Shown piece by piece: positions 11,831 through 25,721 of a stretch of DNA of 64,000 nucleotides. This DNA comes from Mobula hypostoma (Eukaryota). The position numbers were made by a program, and so were the translations under genes. A model generated the notes under the pieces. The model was not told the DNA's origin, searched no databases, and saw only the letters and a list, made by a program, of their open reading frames with translations. The stretch is from positions 31,682,001 through 31,746,000 of the forward strand of contig NC_086123.1 in assembly GCF_963921235.1 (NCBI RefSeq), given 5' to 3'. Numbering within the stretch: position 1 is the first letter of the stretch; every line of letters begins with the position of its first letter.

Positions 11831-14800
11831 TCAGCTGCCGGTCTCTTCTAAGTACAATAGTAATGGTTGCCAGGTTTTTTCAAATTCCTTGAGTCTGTCC
11901 TTGATAACGTATCTCATCCTCTCTAGATGCAGAGTATCCATTAATACAGCCAGCCATTGTCTGAGTGTTGGAGTTTCCTCCTTTTTCCAGAACATCAGTG
12001 TGAGTTTCTTTCCATTAAGTACGCCATAGGTCAGGAGTTGTTGCTGGGTAGCGTGGAATTTATCTAACCTCACAGAAGTTCCAAGAATTATTAAAATGGG
12101 GTCTGGTATTATCTGAACCTTTAGTACCTTCGATAGGACCTCAAATATTTGCATCCAATACTCTTGTATCCTGGGACATAAAGCATAACTATGTAACAAA
12201 TTTGCCTCTGAGAACTTGCATTTCTCACACATTGGGGACACTTCTGGGAATATTTTATGAATCCCTACTTTTGAGTAATGTAGTCTATGTAGGATTTTAA
12301 ATTGTATTAAACAATGCCTGGCATTGATGGAACAGGAGTTAACATACTCCAAAGCCTCATTCCATATAACCTCCTCTATCTCTGTACCCAAATCCTTTTC
12401 CCACTCTTTTTTAATATTATCCATTGTTGTATGACACTTGTTTCTCAAAACCAGAAAGACGTGATCTTATATAGTGTCTTAGCTGGAGATACCTGAAAAA
12501 ATGACCTTTTTTGCAATCCGAATTTGTTCTGGAGCTGCCGAAATGACGCAAAAATCCCTTGTACGTATGTCTCCAACGCTTCGTATCCCTAATTCTCGCT
12601 ATGCATCAAAGGCCCCATCTATACATGAGAGGATTAAAGAGGGGTTTGCTGACATAGATACAAGAAAAGATAACGTTCTGAGTTTCAAATGCTTCCCCAT
12701 TTGACTCCACATCTGTATGGTGCTATGGATAATGGGATTGCCTCTATAACAGGCTTTATTTAACCGAATAGGGGACATAATGATTGCCCCTATGGAATAT
12801 GGTAGGCAATCCTCACGCTCCATCTCCAGCCATCCGGGAAGTACAATTGTATCATCTATCCAGTATGCTATATGGCTAACGTTAGCAGCCCAGTGATAAA
12901 AAATAAAGTTGGGCAGTGCCAGCCTCCCACTAGTCTTATTCTTGCAGGGATGTTCTTTTCTAATTCAATGGGCTTTATAATTCCATTTAAAAGGTAGAAT
13001 TATCGAATCTAATCCTTTAAGAAAGGTTTTGGGAAGATAGAGGGGCAGGTTCTGAAATAAATAGAGCAGTTAGAAGTTGGGGAAGAAAGATCATCTTGAC
13101 TGCATTTACTCTACCCACTAAAGAAATTGGGAGTGTCTTCCAAAATTCTATTTTCTTTTTAATCTTTTCAATTAGAGGGATAAAATTTGCTTCAAATAGA
13201 GAACTATACTTTTTGGTTATTGCAATTCCAAAGTAAGTAAACTTTTCAAGGGTTATTTTAAATGGAAATTGTTTAAGCCCCTTCTGTTGTTCTACTCGGA
13301 CCGGGAATAATTCACTTTTCCCCCAATTAATCTTATACTCCGAGAAAGTGCCAAATAAATTGACTATTTCCAGCAAAACTGGAATAGTAATATATGGTTT
13401 CATTACAAACAACAAAACATCATCCGCATGAAGGGAAATTTTGTTGATAGTATATTCTGTATTGTACCCATAGATTTCGGGGTGAGAACGTACAGTCTCT
13501 GCCAGTGGTTCCAGGCCCAACGCAAACAATAAGGGACTTAATGCACAGCCCTGTCTTGTGCCCCTGTGCAAACTGAATGGTTCTGAGAGGGTCTGATTAG
13601 TTAGTATTTTAGCACTAGGGTTACTGTACAGTAACTTAATCCAAGTTATAAATTTGTCTCCCATTCCAAATTTTTTCAAAACCTCATTGCCATTCCACTT
13701 GGTCGGATGCTTTCTCAGCATCAAAACTTAATATTATAAGGTCTCCCTTAGGATGTCTTGGGGAATGCATTATATTAAGAAGGCGCCTGATGTTATGGAA
13801 AGAATTCTTTTTAAGCAATACCCTGTTTGATCTGAGTGCACCAATTTATTTACCTGCTAACTGAGTCTCCTTGCCAGCATCTTAGCCAAAATTTTCTGAT
13901 CTGAATTTAGCAGTGAAATCGGCCTATAAGATCCTACCTCCTCTGGGTCTTTGTCCTTCTTTGGAATAAGCGTGATAATGGCCTCGGTCAGGGTTTGGGG
14001 TAACCTGCCAGTTTCAAACGACTTTCTATACGTCCTTACCATATAAGGTGCTAATAAATCTCATTACCTATTCCATCCGAACCGGGACTCTTGCCATTTT
14101 TCAGGGATCTTATTGTTCTTACTATTTCGTCATTTGTAATCTCTGCTTCCAAAGCCTGACACTCCGTCAGATTGAGTGAAGGTAGTTTACAAGTGTCCAG
14201 GAATGTATGCACGCTCCCCGTCAGGACATTAGATCGAGATGCATACAATTTTTCATAATACTGACGGAATCTTTGATTAATGTTTTTGTGTGACATCAAC
14301 GGAGCGCCCAAGTCTGATTTGATTTTATGAATGGCCCGATCACTTTCCAATTTGCGTAGCTGTCTTGCCAGCAATTTGTGCAGTCTATTACCAAATTCAA
14401 CGAAATTCTGTTTTGTAAGCATAAAGGCTCGGCACATCCTTTCTGAGAGTATTTGGTTAAGTCTGTATTTTAATGCTGAAATTGTGTTGTATTTTTCTGC
14501 GGATGGTTGTCGCGCATTCTCCGTGTCTAGTTTACGTATTTGTTCTTCTTGTTCTATTTGTTCTGCTCTACTATATTTCTTTAGGGAAGACTGAAAAGAA
14601 ATTATACATCCTCCAACATAAGCTTTAAATGTTTCCCATAGTAGTCCTGGGAGTGTTTCACTATTATCTTTTGTCTCAAAAAACAATAAAATTTGCGATT
14701 CTAAATACTCACAAAATTTAGGGTTTGTAAGTAGCTGAGGATTAAACTTCCAATTTCTATGTATTTGCGTCACTTCACCCAGCTCCAGTGAAAAAGTAAC

Positions 14801-15522
14801 AGGGCTGTGGTCTGAGATGACTATAGTATGATATGTTACGTTATCGACTTGTGGCAGTCTTTTGCCATCAAGGAGGAAATAGTCAATCCTAGTATATACA
14901 TTATGAACTCCACAGTGGAATGAATACTCTCTCCCTGTTGGGTTGAATTGTCTCCATATCTCACACAGATTCATATTGTCTATATATGTTTTTAGCAGGT
15001 TACTTGCCTTTGATGGTAATGCCCTCCGATTGGAAGATCTGTCTACATATATATCCAGAACAAAATTAAAATCCCCTCCAATAATCAGGTTAGCGCTGGA
15101 GACCTCTGGTATCAATCCTAGAACTCATCTAAAAAATTCCGGGTCATCCCAGTTTGGTCCATAGATACTCAATAAGGTAACTGGCATAGATTGCATTTCC
15201 CCAGTAACTATATCTCCCATTCTTGTCCGCTATTGTTGTTAGGTGACGAAATGGAACGTCTCTGCGAATTATTATTGCCACACCCCTAGATTTCATTGGA
15301 AACTTTGAGGTATATATTTGGCCTATCCACTTGCCCCTAATTTTACAGGGAGCTTCAATCTTCAAATGCGTTTCCTGCAAGAAGGTCACATCAGCCTGTA
15401 GCGATTTTAGATGAAACAGCACTTTACCCCTTTTCACCGGCTCATTAATCCCATTTACATTCCACCATTTACATTCCAGGAACAAAAAGTAATGTGATTT
15501 CTTGTTCCTTGACCTCCTACCA
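11831..15522 (-). pseudogene. L1 ORF2 (endonuclease, RT, Cys domain), fragmented
   Basis: WNVNG..FLQETH, GGDFN, RIDYF, ISDHSP, SYRPISLLNSD, RGTRQGCALSP, LHADD and CEKC..HSYALC spread over seven ORF pieces. Confidence 0.93.
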
Positions 15523-16168
15523 TCTCAGTATTTAACATCTGTATGATAATGTTTTTGATCTGTTCTGGACCTTGTAAATCTATCGGTCATTAGAAATTAA
15601 TGGATCCTAAACAGCACTCCCTTACCCCTGTCCCTCCCTCCCCCCACAGCTCCCATCACCCTTAAAAGCTTGAAATAAACGGAAAAAAAAATCTCCATAC
15701 ATAAATACACCTAGTCAAAACTCTAGGAATAACTTCTTGATCTCTAACACTTCTCTGAACCAATGTAGTAGCACCCCAGTTATATAGATGGTCACAAAGC
15801 CAAATCTGGCATCAGAATGAAAAAAACAAGAAAAACTAGCAAACAGAGATTATCGAGATGTTAAAGTGAGTGTGATTCTCAAAGCTATAACTTACTCTAG
15901 CACCAGAAAGTCCAGCACCGTTAACAACATACTCCTCATACAACACCAGTTTAGACCAACTCTTATTACCATCTGTGCACTCATAGGGCCTTAATCCGAC
16001 ATAGTGCAATCTAAATATAACTCAAAGAGTCCTGTTTTCTACAGGGATTAGAGGCAGGGCCTCATTGATGTTCGAAACGTTCACAATTTCCTACTGCGGA
16101 GTTTTATTTGGGGCACCTTCATTCTGTAAGGGGTTTCTTCTCACTGTGCACAGTCACTTCTCAGCATT

Positions 16169-17060
16169 TCACAAATGACGTTCCGTATACCAGTGAGCTT
16201 CTTCTGAATCTGTAAACACTGCCTCAGTTCCATTAATTGTCACTCGTAGCTTCGCGGGATAGAGGAGGCCAAACTTGACTCCAGGTCTATCCTGCAGCAA
16301 CCTCCTGACCAGTATAAAAGCCGCACGTCGTTTAGCCACCGTGGATGGAAGGTCTCTAAAGATTTGAATCCTTTGTCCTTGATATTGTAGATTCTTGGTA
16401 CCTATCGCCTTCTGCATTATACCTTCAAATACATGGCAATAATGGATCCTCACTATCAGGTGTCGCAGCGGCTCATCGTCCCCTGGGCGTTTCTGAAGTG
16501 CTTTATGTGCTCAGTCTATCATTGGAGCTTCTCCCAGGTTTAGAGCTTGTTTTAGCTTCTGTGCCGTGAAATCTCTTGTCTTCTGCCCATTTTCCTGCCC
16601 TTCTCGTAGGCCCTCAATTCTCAGATTCTGTCGTTTCGAATGTCCCTCCAAATCTAGGCATTTTTCAGAAAGTTGTTCAACTTGCCCACAAAGTCGTTTC
16701 ACCTTGCTTTCCAGCTCCACAACTATGTCTGAAGCTCCGTTAGCCAACTCTGCTATCTCTTTCAGAGTTTGATCTTGTGTATTCAACTGGGCTTTCAATG
16801 CGGTAATCGCAGCGTCATTTTCCGCTTTCAACGAAGCAATTTCACCTCTCAAAGTGACTGCTACTTCTACAACTTTTTCTTCAATTTTCTTACAGATGTC
16901 TGACTTCATCGTAGTTAGCTCTGCATGTAGCGACTCTATGGCCACCAATACCGCATTGTTGTCCATACTCTGTGCACGTGGCTCCACGTGGCCCTCACTT
17001 GTGAGCTCCGAGGTGTCAATTGGGCTGCTTCTTCGTTCGTCTCTGCCTTAGCCATTCCTC
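16169..17060 (-). pseudogene. L1 ORF1 (coiled-coil, RRM, CTD), frameshifted
   Basis: ORFs 16511-16987 (LDLEGHSKRQNLRIEGLREG) and 16169-16453 (IQIFRDL..AKRRAAF..FGLLYPAKLRV). Confidence 0.88.
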
Positions 17061-17299
17061 TTCTCGGTATTTTGTAGCACACTCCTTCACTCTTTCTCCT
17101 TCTAGTATGTATTGAAGAGCACCTCCCCTTCGTTTGCCACCCTAAACCTCAAATTGACTTTGTGTAAATGAAGTTTTAATATCAAATCTGTCGGAGCTAC
17201 AGGAGGGTGCATCCTACTTGCTCATGGCTCAACAGTGCCCCCAATATAGTCACATTCTAATTACACTTTAATTAATCTGTCAGTGTCAACTTTTTGCAG

Positions 17300-19232
17300 G
17301 ATGCTAATTTAATCAGCCTGTGGTCCTTGCAACCATAAACACTGTCATATCGGAATGAATGAAATAGTTCAAGAACAAGTGGGAAAACAAGCAGTAGAGA
17401 AAAAAATTACCTCTGGCCAATCCAAGTGTGATACCGGAGACATGAGGCACATGTGACAGGGAATTCAGAAGATTACAGGCTACAAGTAAACCCTGTTCAT
17501 CAGTGACCTGGATGTTCCACTCCCTGATTAGCCGAATGTCTTCTACGCCCAGTCTGATGCACAGAACAAATTGTTGACGAGGAAGGCACCCCTCCGCCCG
17601 GGGGAGCAGACATTCCATCTGGCTGAAGCTGAGGTGAGGAAGACACGGGACAGAGTCAACCCACGCAAAGCTGCAGGGCCCGATAATATACCAGGTGGGA
17701 TTCTGAAAGACTGCGTAGTCCAGTTGACAGAGGTGCTTACAGATACATTCAGATCTCTCTGGAACAATCCATTGTTCCCTCAGTTTTCAAGACAGCAACC
17801 AACATTCCAATGCCAAAGAATACAACAATAACCTGTCTAAGTGACTATAGTCTGGTGGCATTAACATCAACCATCATGAAATGCTTTGAGTAGCTGGTCA
17901 CAGAGCACACTAAAGCCTTTCTCCTGGCTACACTAGACCTTTTCCAGTTTACTTATTGCTCAAATCAATCCACTGATGATGCAATAGCCTCTGCCCTCTA
18001 CTCTGTCCTGTCCCACCTGGAAAATGGGGTCTCATATGGCAGACTGCTGCTTATAGACTTTTGTTTGGCGTTCAATACCATCACACCTCAGAAACTGGTG
18101 GGGAAACTGACCTCACTGGGTCTCAATACCTCCCTCTGCAGTTAGATACTGTTACTTCTTAGCAGTAAGGCCACAGTCAGTCTGTGTGGGCAGCAACGTC
18201 TCCTGTCCCATCACGCTGAGTACTCCCCAAGGCTATGTGCTTAGGCTGCTGCTGTTCACACTGTTGATGCATGACTATGTTGCAGGATCAAGCCCAAACC
18301 AAGTCAGCAAGTTTGCAGGTGACACATCAGTGGTTGGCCTTATCAAGAACAATGATGTGATGGAGTATAGAGCAGAAGTTGAGTGGCTGGTGGATTGGTG
18401 TGAGAAGAACAACCTAAGCCTGAATGTGGAGAAGACAAAGGAAATTATAATGAACCAGGAAGGTGCAGACGAATCATCTCCCTCTGCAAGTACATGGCTC
18501 CTCTGTAGAGAAAGTTAAGTGCACCAAGTTCCTGGGCATTCACATCACGTATGGCCTCACTTAGTCTCTTAAAGTCATCTCCCTGAACAAGAAGGCACCG
18601 CAATGTCTCCACTTCCTAAGCAGATTGAGCAAGCAATGCTCCCTCCCCCATTTTAACTGCATTTTACAGGAACACCACTGACAGCATCCTGTTCAGTTGC
18701 ACCTCCATCAGGTATGGAAGCAGTTGAGCATCGAACCAAAAGTCCCTACAAAGGACTATGAGAATAGCTGAGAAGATCATAGGGGTCTTCCTACCGTCCA
18801 TCGGGGACACTTATAAGGGCGTTGCATACACAGGGCCCTTAGTATTATTAAGGATCCCACCCATCCATTCAGAATCCTCTTTGACTTTCTACCATCAGGC
18901 TCTGATGCATAAAAACAAGAACAGTCAGAATATAAAACAGTTTCTTCCCCCAGGCCATTAGGCTTCTGAACTCTCTGCTGCATCACATTTGAAATGTCAC
19001 TAGTTAATCTGTTCCGTACCTTACAATATTTAATATTAATGTACCTTAGTTTGTTATATGTGTGATTCATCTGTAGATTTTTTCCTTACATTCATGTTAT
19101 CATGTGTTATGTATTTCTGTGTTATGTATACTACTGTGCTTTACACCCTGATTTGAAGAAATGTTGTCTCATTTCTGTATAGTTATATGAATTATATCCA
19201 TGTATATAATTAAATGACAATAAATTTGACTT
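17300..19232 (+). mobile_element. Rex1/Babar LINE, 5'-truncated RT with 3' tail
   Basis: VNPRKAAGPDNIPGGILKDC, TSTIMKCFE, STDDAIA, KFAGDTSVVGLI, LSLNVEKTKEII. Ends aataaatttgact. Confidence 0.88.
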
Positions 19233-20759
19233 ATTCTAAATTTGGTGACTGTCGCAGATATTGAAAAACATTTAAAAAATTCAATATCTATTACACATCT
19301 CAGAGTTACATTAAAACTAAAATACTTAAATTAATATAAATATTTAGTTATAATTATAAAACAAACTTGCTTTTGTTCCACCCAGCTCTTTCTTCCATCT
19401 AATGAGTGCAGAGATTATACTTTAGATTAGATCTGACCTCCGTGTAAGTATTTGGGGAAATGCCACAACTTCATACTCTATGTATGAATTCCATGAGGAG
19501 TCCAACATCAGAATGCAATCAGAAATAGCTCATAAAGTATGGCCAGCAAGTTTGGAATTCCTGCAATCACGCATGGAGATAGAGGAATCCTAAAGTTTTC
19601 AGTATATTGGTGAGGAGATTGTGGTATTTTGTTGAAAAATTCAGGCTGTTCCCTTTCCTTCTGTTCATCCCCCTACCCAGGAAACTGAGTGACTATCAAT
19701 ACAAACTTCCAGGCTTATTTAAACAAGGGGAACTAACAAATCAAGAATTTATTGGATCTGCACACATCATACAACAAGCCAAGGAGAACGATTGTAAGGA
19801 AGCAGAAGTTTTCAACTTTTTTTTAAAATTGAGAAGAGTCATCTGTCACAGATATGCTACTAAATATATTTGTGGTTCTGAAAAAAAAGATGAATTACAA
19901 CACATGCCCAAATACTGAGCTACTTTCAGATTTTTAAATCATTGATCATCTATTAAATATATTTTGTTTCCTTTTGAGGTATACAACTTTTTGGAAATTT
20001 CACCCCACTGAGACATTAAGCCGGAAACTTCTTGACACAATTCCCTCCAAAACTGGTTTCTTTTCTCTCAGATATAACTTGCATCAATTAGTAAACAACA
20101 GAAGTTACTAACAGTAGCTCACAAACCTTTCATTCTTTAAGGCCAATGCTGTCAATGCACAAAGGATGTGACAGTTTCCTATCTGCATACACCAAGATTT
20201 TGCATCCCTGATAACAATTTCCTAAAGCAAAGATGTCCCGATTCAGTATTGTACACAGTTAAGACTTGAACTAAAAATATCTGAAGACTAATATCCAAAC
20301 AATTTGATTAATTTCCAAGATGTATTTTAATTGCCCGGCCTTATTTTTTCTTAAGAGACTATGGTGATAATCTGCTTACTTGTACCATTCTCATACAATT
20401 GAGAAATGTACTTATGTATTTAAGTGGATGGTTAATTCAGAGTTAATCATGTTGTATGGCATTTTGTAAAGGAAATAGGTTTCCTAGCCTAAAAAAAATT
20501 CTTGAATTGACTAAGTTCATACAACAACCTGAACACTTCACAACCAACTTTACTGATCAGATTTTAAACTGAATTTCAATTCAGTTTTGAAGTCACTGAT
20601 TTTAGATTATTAAGGATCTGGATCATTAACATAGGAATATAACTACTATACTAACAACATATTCATGTATAATTATGTAAGAAATAAAAGCGGGAGAATT
20701 AGACTAAGAACCAACACAATCATTAACTATCTATCTATAGTTATGCCAACACATACTGA

Positions 20760-21420
20760 AAGAGGCTATGCAGGTCAATAAAGTGGTTGAGAAGGCTTAC
20801 TACTTGAGGCACTGAGTTCCAAAGTCAAGCGGTTAGGTTACAACTTTATAGAGCTCTGGTTAGGCCACTTCTGCAGCATTGCATACAGTTCTGGTCACCC
20901 CACTAGAGGAAGGATGTTGAGGCTTTGCAGAGGTTGCAGAAGAGGATGCTTCTGGATGCTGCCTGGTTCAGAGAGCATGAGCTATCATAAGAGGCTGGAC
21001 AAATTTGGGCTGTTTCCTTTGGAGTGGCGGAGCCTGAGGGGAGATCTGACTAGAGGTTTGTAAGATTATGAGAGGCATAGATAGAGTAGACAGCGAGTAT
21101 CTTTTTCCCAGGATAGAAATGTCTAATACCAGAGGGCATGCATTGAAAGTGAGAGGAGGTAGGTTCAAATGAGATGTAAGGAGCAAATTTTTTTACTCAA
21201 AGAGCCATAGATGCCCGAAATGTACTGCCTAATATGGTGGTGGAGGCAAATACATTAGAGATGTTTAGATAGACACATGAATATGAGGAACATGGAAACA
21301 TATGGACATTGTGTAGGTAGGAGGGATTAGTTTTTGGGTTTTTTGATTTACTTTTTAGATGGTTCGGCACAACATTGTGGGCCGAAGGGCCTGTTCCACA
21401 CCATCCTATATTCTATCACT
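20760..21420 (+). mobile_element. CR1 LINE 3' fragment
   Basis: cagttctggtcacccc, gagggg-agatctgactagagg, gggccgaagggcctgttcc tail. Confidence 0.85.
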
Positions 21421-24029
21421 GTCTTGCGAGGAATGAAGGCTTGGGGCCTGAATGAGGAAAATGACAGAAAGAAACAATGGCTGGAGATAATTTTTTTAAT
21501 CTGTCCCTGTTGTTGTAGAAAAAGAAATTACCACATTGGTACATGGCTTTGTGCAATTACTATTCAAAACATTCCTTCAATTGTTTCAATATAGTGAATA
21601 TGTACTTTGGTTTGAAACTGGCAGTGGCAGTAATCAGACTAACCCATTTTTCATTAATTAAAATCAGGTTGAAGACCAGTTCCATATTTGGACATCAGCC
21701 CAAATAATAAGACTAGAGGAAGCTCTGAACTGAGGATATGAATCACAGAATCGCTGACTTGTTACTTCCTGCAAATTCTTTTAAGATGTATTACAACCAG
21801 TAAATAGTATCAGGACTTGGTCTTCAAAATATTACATCATCTCCACTGTCTGTCATCATACCAGCAAAAAAAACAAAGTAATATTGGCATTATATAAATA
21901 CACCCTAGTAGAAACAGACCTATTCAATGGAGAAAACTAAAGTCAGGAGATCTACAGATTATATAGGGATCAGGATGGGGTGGTGGTTTGCACAGAGAAT
22001 GACATCATGCCATGTAAACTCAAACATGCAAAATGGAACACATGACTAACATGATGAAGAATTTGGTCAAGTTTTAGGCAAAAAATAGTAAGACCCAGAC
22101 TTGATGTTTAAATCTAGAGGAAAAGAAAATCAAACTTCAGCTGCATAATTCCAGGGGGCAAATGTATGGAACTGAATTAGTAGACAACAGAATGTTCATA
22201 CACTACAAAATCCTGTCACTTCATCAATTTATCCTGAGAATGGAGTTGAAACAAGGAAGAATTAACACAGGGGAGTGCCAGCAGTCATTTCGTAATATCC
22301 TACTGGACACCTGAATAGAACAATTAAAGTTTCTTTAACAAACTATCATTGGAATATTCCATTTCAATCTGGGTGAAATTACTATCAGCAATTTATTATT
22401 TTGAACCAATAAATCAATTGTTCCCCATTACCCAATAAATATACACTTGTGGGATATTTACATCTTTTTAAGAATTTTAAGCAAACAACTACCAAAGTTA
22501 AAAACTCCTGGAGGGCTTACAAATGAATGCGATTTTGAATTTATAACAATGCATCAGTTTTTTTAGAGTTCTTATATATACAGCAATGGATGCTAGCTTA
22601 GTAGTTAACTCCAAATATGAGATGGATTGAGATTTGATTCACAAACCATATTAAGGGATATAGGGAAGAGTACTCATATCCAAAGAGAAGTACACAATAA
22701 CCTTCTCTTGTTTTTGTTCCAGTATTATTTTTTTTTGGAAAAAAGGACCAGAATTTCAATTAAAAACATGATAAAATGACATAAGAATATGTAGTCTAAT
22801 AAACACTGGAGCAGATCAGTGATCTCTCCTCTACAGGAATGTTACATAAGCTATGTGAAGTGATACAGCACCTGCAACAGTAAAAAATGTTGCAAGGAAT
22901 TTCATGGAGGATGACAAAAAGAGTAAGTGAGGGAGTTGGACATGAAATATGCAAGTGAACACATTCCAACTTATCAAGGTGCAGGGTTACAAACAATCGA
23001 GTAGATGGAGTGGGAATGCTTGATAGGCCAGAGGCAAGAGAACAGATGGAGATGGAGAAAATGGAGTACTTCTTGGTCTGTAAGAAAGCAGCCACAAATC
23101 AGAGAAACACAATAGAATCCATGAAAAAAACCCTCACAACAAAGGCTGACAAACATCCAATGTGCGGAAAAAAAACAAACTGTGCAACAATAAAAAAGTA
23201 AACAAATAATACACAGATCACGAATTCTATTAAGAAGATGGAAGCCACTGAAAAGAATGAAATAACAGGAATTGCCTGTTTCCAGTGAAGGAAGCAAGTG
23301 TAGCTGTTTGCATAGAAAATAAAGATTTCAATATAACAACTTGTTAAACATTTACAAATGAAAGCTATTATACTCTGTCAAATGGATGACTTAACTAGAT
23401 AAAGTATTTTATTCCTTCTGGTTCAACTACTGGTGTTGCCTCAGGACTAAATATGGTTTAATTTCAATCTACACCACTTACAATTTGTCTACATTAGTCC
23501 ACACTTTTATACAAAAAGCTGTATTGCATTTATTAGTTTAAATAAAATAAAGGCATATATTCAATTTTGCCAAGGCAAGTCAAATGTCCTGATATTGTAG
23601 AAGGCAAGTCAAGACCAAACACAATCTTGAGATCAAATGACTTTCAAGTATATATTGGAAGAAAAGGTTTGGACCATCAAATTCTCTACTTGGTTCATGG
23701 AGATGCATCATGTTCTAGTCTTCCAGATATTTGGATTGTGTGTGATTAATATTTGCTGTGATTTTGTAAGCAAATGGATCAAACAGGAATTTCATGCAGG
23801 ACACATTAAATTGCTGGAAGCTGCAACGTTCAAGTGCTGCTGGTGAAAGGCCAGATTGCAACCCAAGTTTCCAATATACATATGTAATACAAACATTTAC
23901 AATGGAAAATATTTACATTATTATTGTCACAAAAACATATCTGGCTCGTAAACAGGCAATACACACTTACAAATTATACAATACTGTAGTCAATCTTCTG
24001 AGATGTTGCTTATACAAGTCATAGAATAT

Positions 24030-24262
24030 GGTAAACAACAGGAATCTGCAGATGCTGGAAATTCAAGCAACGCACATCAAAGTTGCTGGTGAACGCAGCA
24101 GGCCAGGCAGCATCTCTAGGAAGAGGTACAGTCGACGTTTCAGGCCGAGACCCTTCATCAGGACTAACTGAAGGAAGAGTTAGTAAGAGATTGGAAAGTG
24201 GGAGTGGGAGGGGGAGATCCAAAATGATAAGAGGAGGGGGAGGGATGGAGCCAAGAGCTGCT
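24030..24262 (-). mobile_element. Penelope pLTR-derived element (young subfamily)
   Basis: Same motif family as the other copies. Flanked by the direct repeat tcatagaatatggt (24019-24032 and 24262-24275), a probable TSD. Confidence 0.85.
24130..24165 (-). ncRNA. Minimal type I hammerhead ribozyme motif, intact core
   Basis: RNA AGUC-CUGAUGA-A-GGGU(CUCG)GCCU-GAAA-C-GUC^-GACU: stem I AGUC/GACU, stem II hairpin, palindromic ACGU in place of helix III, GUC cleavage triplet. Confidence 0.75.
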
Positions 24263-25721
24263 CATAGAATATGGTCATCTTTTTACTGTTCTCTAAAATC
24301 TTTCTGCTAATCTTTGCCTTTTTTCCTTTCTTGTTTCTATCTCTCTGAAGAGGGGAAGAGTGGAGAAGAGAAAACAGAAAGAAGAGAGAAAAGAAATAAA
24401 GAGGAAATTGAACCGCAAGTGGAAGTTAAAAGCAAAGCACATCTGGATCAAGAAATTACAGATGGAAAGCACCTGCTCAAAGTTTAAGATGTCAATCACA
24501 ATAGCAGGCATGATTTAAATAGATGACATGGATGAAGCTATTGTTAATGAAACAATTAAAAATCAAACTGTGCAGAAAGGACTGTTTATAGATACAGAAT
24601 CTTAAAGTATACTTTAAGCTAAATATAGCCATGAATACAGCAATTACATAGAGATCTGCATTATTTATTTGCCAATTATTGTGCTTGACATCTCCAACCT
24701 TGACAAGGCAAGTTGGTCGCTAATGCAGATGGGCTTACACAATTTTCTCGAGCTTATTTTTTTATTCACTGTTGCTGAAGAGACCCACATATCTGATATC
24801 AGCAGCACACCATTAGCCTCTTTTAGTAGATGGAGCAAGAATGTGAATGCAAAATCAAATTTACTTTATACCATGAGCATAATCCAAGGTCAACTTCCAG
24901 TACTTATCTAACACATGCAAGCAGCTGTAATTCCATATGGACAAAGAAAATGTATTAATTAATACCCTCTTACATTCTAGGGGAAAAGAGCAATGAAAAA
25001 TAAGCTCCTTTACTGGAACATCTGCCATACATGTTGCAGTTATTTGTTGGCACCTTTGCTAATTTCTTGATAAAATGCAGATATTTTTAATCAGCCACAA
25101 CAGACGTTTATATTACTTAATCATAGCCTAAGTAGGTTCACAACATAGGTCTCCACAACCCAGGATATGCTCAGATGCATTCCATTCATGTAATGACAAA
25201 GCAGACTCCACAAGCAACATCAAAGCATATTTTTGCATGAGTCACCAGACTATTAGCATATTGAACCTATGTAAAGCCCAGAAGTGAAATGTCGACTATG
25301 TGAAATTCATAGCAATTTCACAATTTTCCTTTGTATTCAATTTCTTTTTGATACTTAATCCAGTAATGCACAAAATCCTTTGACAAAAATACAGTTTTAA
25401 GATTAAAATATTTCCAAATAAAAGTCTGGTAGTATCTTACAATGTACATCAGCCTCCAATAAGATCTGGATTATATATTTAAGCACTTTAATGCTCAATA
25501 TTTAGTAATAAGTGTCTTTTCTTTGTAGCAGCCAGGATATGCCATTGAAATTGAACATTAGAAATAGAGGCAGAAGTAGACCTTTGGTCCTTTAAACTTG
25601 TTCTTCCACCATTCAGTAAATATTGGCTGATATTTTATCCGAGTGACACTTCCCTCTGTTTCAAAGTCTATCCAAAGTTTGTCATGTGATTTGGCCTCCA
25701 AAATCTCGCCGGAGAATTTCA

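Larger units (their letters stand above)
11590..17242 (-). mobile_element. Full-length (about 5.65 kb) decayed L1-clade LINE with TSD
   Basis: TSD atagtcacattct at 11577-11589 and 17246-17258. GGGGGC 5' end, AATAAA plus short poly(A) at the 3' end, and ORF1 and ORF2 fragments in the ORF track. Confidence 0.95.

Noticed and set aside
21682-21691. Perfect CArG box CCATATTTGG (others at 14039, 21228, 27522), attractive because smoothelin is SRF-regulated
   Set aside because: About five are expected by chance in 64 kb of this composition, and three of the four lie in TEs. It would need conservation or ChIP evidence.
22796-23095. Minus ORF with cttacag acceptor as a possible next SMTN exon
   Set aside because: The acceptor abuts a LINE-tail repeat, there is no convincing donor, and the peptide has no smoothelin similarity.
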